A stretch of 24,000 nt of DNA. It comes from Citrobacter sp. Awk 4 (GTDB lineage Bacteria; Pseudomonadota; Gammaproteobacteria; Enterobacterales; Enterobacteriaceae). Below the pieces are notes generated by a model. The model ran no database searches and was not told where the DNA came from. It saw only the letters and a list, made by a program, of their open reading frames with translations. The DNA lies in NCBI RefSeq assembly GCF_028069725.1, contig NZ_JANEWG010000036.1:1-24000 (forward strand), given 5' to 3'. Positions within the stretch are counted from its first letter, which is position 1. The number at the start of each line of letters is the position of its first letter. The position numbers and the translations under genes are program-made. This document shows positions 17,440-24,000 of the stretch, in pieces.

Positions 17440-17464
17440 GGCCCGGCAGCATGCCTGTCGGGCC
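17440..17464 (+). terminator. GC-rich hairpin after alx; possible terminator or REP-like element
   Basis: GGCCCGGCAG...CTGTCGGGCC forms a stem of about 10 bp starting 9 nt after the alx stop. No U-tract follows. Confidence 0.35.
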
Positions 17465-17684
17465 AACAAATACGTGTTTCGCAGGCCGGTAAACGTAGCG
17501 CCCCCTGGCAATGCGTAAACAAATAGTTAAAAAATATGATGCAGCACGTAAATTTCAGCATTTTACGCTTCCCCAGAACGCATCTTTCCTTATACTCACA
17601 CAGGCAAACATTTATTACATCCGGGCATAAACGTAACAAAGAGTACGTTCCAGGGTGGACGCAATATCACTTAAGGAAATCTCC

Positions 17685-18926
17685 ATGAAGTCATCAACTT
17701 CAGGCCTGCTCGTGCGCCTGTCGCAAGGTAGTCTCGTAAAACAAATCCTCATAGGTTTGGTGCTCGGCGTTTTGCTGGCGCTGGTGTCTAAACCTGCTGC
17801 AGAAGCGTCGGGCCTGCTGGGAACGCTGTTTGTTGGCGCCCTGAAGGCCGTAGCTCCTGTACTGGTGCTAACGCTGGTTATGGCGTCTATTGCCAATCAT
17901 CAACAAGGTCAGAAAACCAATATCCGTCCGATTCTGTTCCTGTACTTGCTGGGAACATTTTCTGCTGCCCTGGCAGCGGTCGTGTTCAGTTTTGCATTTC
18001 CATCAACGCTGCATTTAACCACTGGCGCAGGCGATATCGTACCGCCCTCTGGAATTGTAGAAGTGTTACGCGGCCTGCTGATGAGCATGGTTACCAACCC
18101 TATTGATGCCCTGCTCAATGCTAACTACATTGGTATTCTGGTCTGGGCCGTGGGTTTGGGCTTTGCGTTTCGCCACGGTAATGAGACGACAAAAAATCTC
18201 GTTAATGACATGGCGAACGCCGTGACTTTCATGGTGAAACTGGTTATCCGTTTCGCCCCTATCGGTATCTTTGGTCTGGTATCGTCCACGCTTGCCACGA
18301 CCGGTTTTGCGACGCTCTGGGGCTACGCTCAACTGCTGGTCGTGCTGATTGGCTGCATGTTGCTGGTCGCGCTGGTCATTAACCCGCTGCTGGTATTCTG
18401 GAAGATTCGCCGTAACCCATATCCGCTGGTCATGGCCTGCCTGCGCGAAAGCGGCATCTATGCCTTCTTTACCCGCAGTTCTGCCGCCAATATCCCGGTA
18501 AACATGGCGTTGTGCGAAAAGCTGAACCTGGACAGAGATACCTACTCTGTCTCTATCCCGCTAGGCGCGACCATCAATATGGCTGGGGCAGCAATCACCA
18601 TTACCGTCCTGACATTGGCTGCGGTTCACACACTGGGCGTTCCGGTGGATCTCCCGACTGCGCTGTTACTGAGCGTGGTTGCTTCTCTGTGTGCATGTGG
18701 TGCATCTGGTGTGGCGGGTGGCTCTCTGCTGCTGATCCCGCTGGCGTGTAATATGTTCGGTATCCCTAACGATATTGCCATGCAAGTGGTCGCTGTCGGC
18801 TTCATCATCGGCGTACTGCAGGACTCCTGCGAAACGGCGCTGAACTCGTCGACTGACGTCCTGTTCACCGCAGCAGCCTGCCAGGCTGAAGACGAACGTC
18901 TGGCGAACAACGCACTGCGCGGTTAA
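17685..18926 (+). CDS. sstT: Serine/threonine:Na+ symporter (DAACS family)
   Basis: Starting at ATG 17685 gives 413 aa. The sequence from [14 protein letters not shown] onward is near-colinear with E. coli SstT as I recall it. An AAGGA RBS lies 7 nt upstream. The ORF-track GTG at 17655 adds 10 unsupported codons. Confidence 0.95.
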   Translation: MKSSTSGLLVRLSQGSLVKQILIGLVLGVLLALVSKPAAEASGLLGTLFVGALKAVAPVLVLTLVMASIANHQQGQKTNIRPILFLYLLGTFSAALAAVVFSFAFPSTLHLTTGAGDIVPPSGIVEVLRGLLMSMVTNPIDALLNANYIGILVWAVGLGFAFRHGNETTKNLVNDMANAVTFMVKLVIRFAPIGIFGLVSSTLATTGFATLWGYAQLLVVLIGCMLLVALVINPLLVFWKIRRNPYPLVMACLRESGIYAFFTRSSAANIPVNMALCEKLNLDRDTYSVSIPLGATINMAGAAITITVLTLAAVHTLGVPVDLPTALLLSVVASLCACGASGVAGGSLLLIPLACNMFGIPNDIAMQVVAVGFIIGVLQDSCETALNSSTDVLFTAAACQAEDERLANNALRG

Positions 18927-18932
18927 TCTGTT

Positions 18933-18964
18933 CCCCCTCCGTCAACGTGCGGAGGGGGTTTTCT
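18933..18964 (+). terminator. Rho-independent terminator of sstT
   Basis: CCCCCTCCG (18933-18941) pairs with CGGAGGGGG (18950-18958) in a 9-bp perfect stem, followed by TTTTCT. It overlaps the last codons of convergent ygjV. Confidence 0.7.
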
Positions 18965-19496
18965 GCGACGCCGCATTCTCCATCCTGAAAGGATCAATAC
19001 CGCGTTTTTGCATGCGTCTGAAGCGGATGATATTGAGACCATTGAAAACCAAAAAGCTGCCCTCAATAAGCGTACCGCCAATCGATCCCAACCAGAAGTT
19101 ATGAATGACCCAGCAGGCTGTGGCACACCACATCACGCAACGCACGGTTAACCCTTTGCAGCGAAACAGCGCCCAGGTACTGGCAAGCGTACCCGCAATA
19201 GGCAACAGTTCCATCGCATGTTGTAGTTTCGCCAGACCAAGAACCAGCGTGAGCAGGATGAAAACGGTCATCACCCAAAGTCGCCGGGTATACATCGAAA
19301 TGAGTGTACGTACGGTGTTAAGTTCTGCGCTCATCCCGGCAGGGATGGCTCCCATCAAAAAGAAATGCACACCAATAGTGGCGCTATAGACGGCAAGCTG
19401 AAGTTTGAAACGGCGCTCGTCGCGGTTGAAAAAAGTGGTAATACCAATCAGAAAGGCGATGACCCCAACGCCCTGAGCCAACCAATACGCGGTCAT
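18942..19496 (-). CDS. ygjV: Inner-membrane protein YgjV
   Basis: 184-aa hydrophobic ORF in the position and orientation of E. coli ygjV (183 aa as I recall). An AGGAA RBS precedes the ATG. Confidence 0.9.
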   Translation of the reverse strand: MTAYWLAQGVGVIAFLIGITTFFNRDERRFKLQLAVYSATIGVHFFLMGAIPAGMSAELNTVRTLISMYTRRLWVMTVFILLTLVLGLAKLQHAMELLPIAGTLASTWALFRCKGLTVRCVMWCATACWVIHNFWLGSIGGTLIEGSFLVFNGLNIIRFRRMQKRGIDPFRMENAASQKTPSAR

Positions 19497-19513
19497 GATA
19501 GTTCCTGTAGACA

Positions 19514-19554
19514 GGCAAAAAGAAACGGCGCCTCATTATATGAAACGCCGTTTC
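19514..19554 (-). terminator. Terminator of the uxaCA operon
   Basis: On the minus strand, GAAACGGCG, a 15-nt loop, then CGCCGTTTC (9-bp perfect stem) are followed by TTTTTGCC. The element begins 19 nt after the uxaA stop. The large loop lowers confidence. Confidence 0.5.
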
Positions 19555-19572
19555 AATTTTAAAGCTATCGTT

Positions 19573-21060
19573 TTATAACGTCACGCCGCTTTTGAAGATC
19601 GCCAGTTCCCGGAAGTCATTACGCTCATTGCAGGTCTGCTTACCGTTGGCAAAATCAACGATCGTATCGACGAACTCATCGAGCAGTTGCGGCATCGCTT
19701 TGCCGTGGATCAGTTGCCCTGCATCGAAATCGATCCAGTGCTTTTTCTTCGCCGCCAGTTCGCTGTTTGTGGCGATTTTCACTGTCGGAACAAAACCGCC
19801 GTATGGCGTGCCGCGACCAGTACTGAACAGCACCATGTGGCAACCCGCCCCCGCCAGCGCACTGGTAGCAACCGCATCATTACCCGGAGCACTCAGCAGA
19901 TTAAGGCCCGGCGTTTTAAGACGCTCACCGTAGCGCAGAACGTCCATCACCTGGCTGGAACCCGCTTTCTGGGTGCAGCCCAGCGATTTATCCTCAAGCG
20001 TAGTAATACCGCCCGCTTTGTTGCCCGGCGAAGGATTCTCGTAAATCGGCTGGTCATGGGCAATGAAGTACTGTTTGAAGTCATTGACCATAGTGACCAG
20101 TTTTTCAAACGTCTCTTCATCACGGCAATGCGTCATCAGCAATTGCTCCGCGCCAAACATTTCCGGCACTTCTGTCAATACGGTCGTGCCGCCATTGGCA
20201 ATCACGTAATCGGAAAAGCGTCCTAACATCGGGTTGGCCGTGATACCCGACAGACCATCTGAACCACCGCACTCCAGACCGAACTTCAGTTCGCTCAGTT
20301 TGCCCGGTTCGCGCTTGTCGTGGCGCATCACGTTATACAACTGATGGAGATGCTCAATGCCCGCTTCCACCTCATCATCCTGCTGCTGGCAGATCATAAA
20401 GTGAACGCGATCGGCATCAAACTCGCCCAGCGTTTCGCGGAAGGCATCCACCTGGTTGTTTTCACACCCCAGACCAATCACCAGCACCGCTCCGGCATTC
20501 GGATGACGCACCATATTTTGCAGCATAGTGCGGGTATTGATGTGATCGTCACCCAACTGAGAACAGCCATAGGTATGGCTAAAGAGGAACACACCGTCAG
20601 TACCTTCGGCGTCGTTGGTCTCCTTCAGGAAACGAGTCTGCATCTGGCGTGCAATACCGTTCACGCAGCCGACTGTCGGTAAAATCCACAATTCGTTGCG
20701 CACCCCCACCTCGCCGTTTGCGCGGCGATAGACCTGCACATCGCGATCGGCAGGCTGCGCTTCTTCGGCCTGAAAATCGGGTTGATAGCGATACTCGTCC
20801 AGATCGCTCAGATTAGTACGGGTATTGTGGGCGTGAATATGCTCCCCCACCGCAATGTCCGCCAGCGCATGACCGATCGGCAGACCATATTTAATAACGT
20901 TTTCGCCTTTTGCGATCCGGCTTAACGCAAATTTATGGCCGCGGGCAATGTCCTGGCAAAGCGTCACGATGTGGTTATCAATGTTGACTTCTGTACCCTG
21001 CGCCAAATCGGCCAGGGCAACAGCAACGTTATCCAGCGAATGGATCCTGATGTATTGCAT
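19573..21060 (-). CDS. uxaA: Altronate dehydratase
   Basis: 495-aa ORF, the same length as E. coli UxaA, with an N-terminal SAF domain (MQYIRIHSLDNVAVAL...). It lies immediately downstream of uxaC. Confidence 0.97.
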   Translation of the reverse strand: MQYIRIHSLDNVAVALADLAQGTEVNIDNHIVTLCQDIARGHKFALSRIAKGENVIKYGLPIGHALADIAVGEHIHAHNTRTNLSDLDEYRYQPDFQAEEAQPADRDVQVYRRANGEVGVRNELWILPTVGCVNGIARQMQTRFLKETNDAEGTDGVFLFSHTYGCSQLGDDHINTRTMLQNMVRHPNAGAVLVIGLGCENNQVDAFRETLGEFDADRVHFMICQQQDDEVEAGIEHLHQLYNVMRHDKREPGKLSELKFGLECGGSDGLSGITANPMLGRFSDYVIANGGTTVLTEVPEMFGAEQLLMTHCRDEETFEKLVTMVNDFKQYFIAHDQPIYENPSPGNKAGGITTLEDKSLGCTQKAGSSQVMDVLRYGERLKTPGLNLLSAPGNDAVATSALAGAGCHMVLFSTGRGTPYGGFVPTVKIATNSELAAKKKHWIDFDAGQLIHGKAMPQLLDEFVDTIVDFANGKQTCNERNDFRELAIFKSGVTL

Positions 21061-21074
21061 ATCAACCCCAGACC

Positions 21075-22487
<1,413 letters not shown>

Positions 22488-22540
22488 TTATCGTCTTCCT
22501 CTCAACGAGTGCGTCAGATTGCTTATGTTTAGATGCTGCA

Positions 22541-22558
22541 AAGTTATCACACCAATTT
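22541..22558. promoter_or_regulatory. Candidate ExuR/UxuR-type operator upstream of uxaC
   Basis: AAGTTATCACACCAATTT matches the recalled hexuronate-regulator box AAATTGGTATACCAATTT at 13/18 positions. The right half-site ACCAATTT is perfect. It lies 54-71 bp upstream of the uxaC ATG. Confidence 0.3.
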
Positions 22559-22697
22559 ACCGGCGCTGAAGATATTTTCGTGAGATAGATCAATAAACCT
22601 AAACAATTAAATTCCCCGCAACGGAGCAAACTGCCCTCCACACCGCACCACGACTGGCCTGGCGGAATCAAAATAATGTCCCTACTAAGATTCATAC

Positions 22698-22719
22698 TTT
22701 TGTGATGTCACTCACCTTT
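22698..22719. promoter_or_regulatory. CRP-binding site candidate in the uxaCA/exuT divergent region
   Basis: TTTTGTGATGTCACTCACCTTT contains TGTGA-N6-TCACC. The consensus is TGTGA-N6-TCACA. Both operons are established cAMP-CRP-dependent units in E. coli. Confidence 0.5.
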
Positions 22720-22782
22720 TAAAGCTGTATGACAAGTTATCTTCTTGCCGTCGCGATATATAAGCCGACTTAATATAAAAAT

Positions 22783-22802
22783 TTTGATGGTTCGCCATCA
22801 AA
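22783..22802. promoter_or_regulatory. 20-bp palindrome TTTGATGG-TTCG-CCATCAAA upstream of exuT; candidate operator or UUCG-loop RNA hairpin
   Basis: 8-bp perfect arms read directly. It lies 160-180 bp upstream of the exuT ATG and downstream of TATA-like hexamers at 22757-22764 and 22771-22780. Confidence 0.3.
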
Positions 22803-22961
22803 TTAACCGGTACGGAAACCGAATTAGCACGATGACTTACATGGCAAAGTTCGGGGAGTATCTCATTTTACGGTTACCCCCTTTCGTTAAAGAACATCTT
22901 CCGCCCCGAGCAGGAAGATAGCCGCATCCCTTGCGGAAATAACAAAACGATGAGGTTTTAC

Positions 22962-24000
22962 ATGCGTAAAATTAAAGGATTACGTTGGTACATGATCGCA
23001 CTGGTGACATTAGGCACCGTGCTGGGTTACCTGACACGTAACACGGTCGCCGCCGCGGCGCCAACGCTGATGGAAGAGTTGCACATCTCCACCCAACAGT
23101 ACTCCTATATCATCGCAGCCTATTCTGCTGCTTATACCGTAATGCAACCTGTCGCGGGCTACGTACTGGATATACTCGGTACGAAAGTGGGCTACGCGAT
23201 GTTCGCCGTACTGTGGGCTATTTTCTGCGGTGCGACTGCGCTGGCAGGAAGCTGGGGCGGTCTGGCCCTGGCCCGTGGTGCCGTCGGCGCCGCTGAAGCG
23301 GCGATGATCCCGGCCGGCCTGAAAGCCAGTTCTGAATGGTTCCCGGCAAAAGAACGTTCCATTGCCGTGGGATATTTCAACGTCGGTTCCTCAATTGGCG
23401 CGATGATAGCGCCACCGTTGGTGGTCTGGGCGATCGTCATGCACAGCTGGCAAATGGCGTTCATTATCTCCGGCGCGCTGAGCTTTATTTGGGCGATGTC
23501 ATGGCTGGTTTTTTACAAACACCCTCGCGATCAGAAAAAACTGTCTGACGAAGAACGCGACTACATCATTAATGGTCAGGAAGCACAGCACCAGGTAGGG
23601 GCGGCGAAGAAAATGTCCGTTGGCCAGATCCTGCGTAACCGCCAGTTCTGGGGTATTGCACTGCCGCGTTTTCTCGCAGAACCGGCGTGGGGTACCTTCA
23701 ACGCATGGATTCCGCTGTTCATGTTTAAAGTTTACGGCTTTAACCTGAAAGAGATCGCCATGTTCGCCTGGATGCCAATGCTGTTTGCCGACCTGGGCTG
23801 TATCGTTGGGGGTTATCTGCCGCCGCTGTTCCAACGCTGGTTTGGCGTGAATCTGATCGTTTCCCGTAAAATGGTCGTCACTATGGGGGCATTTCTGATG
23901 ATTGGTCCGGGCATGATCGGCCTGTTTACCAGCCCTTATATCGCGATCGCGCTGCTTTGCGTTGGCGGCTTTGCTCACCAGGCGCTTTCCGGCGCACTGA
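22962..24000 (+). CDS. exuT: Hexuronate transporter (MFS), 5' portion; the gene continues beyond the window
   Basis: An open frame from ATG 22962 (GAGG RBS 6 nt upstream) runs to the window end. Its translation MRKIKGLRWYMIALVTLGTVLGYLTRNTVAAAAPTLMEEL... matches E. coli ExuT as I recall it. It is missing from the ORF track only because no stop codon falls inside the window. Confidence 0.95.
   Translation, partial: MRKIKGLRWYMIALVTLGTVLGYLTRNTVAAAAPTLMEELHISTQQYSYIIAAYSAAYTVMQPVAGYVLDILGTKVGYAMFAVLWAIFCGATALAGSWGGLALARGAVGAAEAAMIPAGLKASSEWFPAKERSIAVGYFNVGSSIGAMIAPPLVVWAIVMHSWQMAFIISGALSFIWAMSWLVFYKHPRDQKKLSDEERDYIINGQEAQHQVGAAKKMSVGQILRNRQFWGIALPRFLAEPAWGTFNAWIPLFMFKVYGFNLKEIAMFAWMPMLFADLGCIVGGYLPPLFQRWFGVNLIVSRKMVVTMGAFLMIGPGMIGLFTSPYIAIALLCVGGFAHQALSGAL

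Overview
This window is a gene-dense stretch of Enterobacteriaceae core chromosome. From memory of the E. coli K-12 map, it is colinear with the region yqjI, aer, patA(ygjG), ygjH, ebgR-ebgA-ebgC, ygjI, fadH, rlmG(ygjO), ygjP, ygjR, alx(ygjT), sstT(ygjU), ygjV, uxaA-uxaC, exuT. I support 18 CDS: 17 complete, plus exuT running off the 3' end. The proteins differ from the K-12 sequences I recall by scattered substitutions, which suggests a related species or genus (Escherichia- or Citrobacter-like). I did not compute identity. I see no tRNA, rRNA, CRISPR array, IS element, integrase or prophage gene. Non-coding features readable from the sequence are listed here.
- One ERIC/IRU element.
- A REP pair (BIME) and a single REP-like hairpin.
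- The alx yybP-ykoY (Mn2+/pH) leader with its attenuator.
- Several intrinsic terminators.
- A sigma28 promoter for aer.
- A sigma54 promoter with an NtrC-like site for patA.
- A FadR box at fadH.
- A CRP-like site in the uxaCA/exuT divergent region.
- Strong palindromes flanking ebgR.

I do not find evidence for an undescribed multigene system. Every long ORF left unassigned is an antisense or alternate-frame shadow of a recognised gene. Five ORF-track starts (patA, ebgR, ygjI, ygjP, sstT) are N-terminal over-extensions.

The observations most worth a second look:
1. An in-frame 60-bp tandem repeat expands the Cys/His-rich metal-binding N-terminus of YqjI.
2. Two related AT-rich palindromes bracket ebgR, one overlapping the ebgA promoter and one next to the ygjH start.
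3. Three compact junctions sit where K-12 carries ygjJ-ygjK, higB-higA and ygjQ.
4. The alx leader is densely packed: the promoter lies inside the ygjR terminator hairpin, followed by the riboswitch, a 15-bp hairpin and a terminator.
5. The uxaCA/exuT control region contains repeated motifs.
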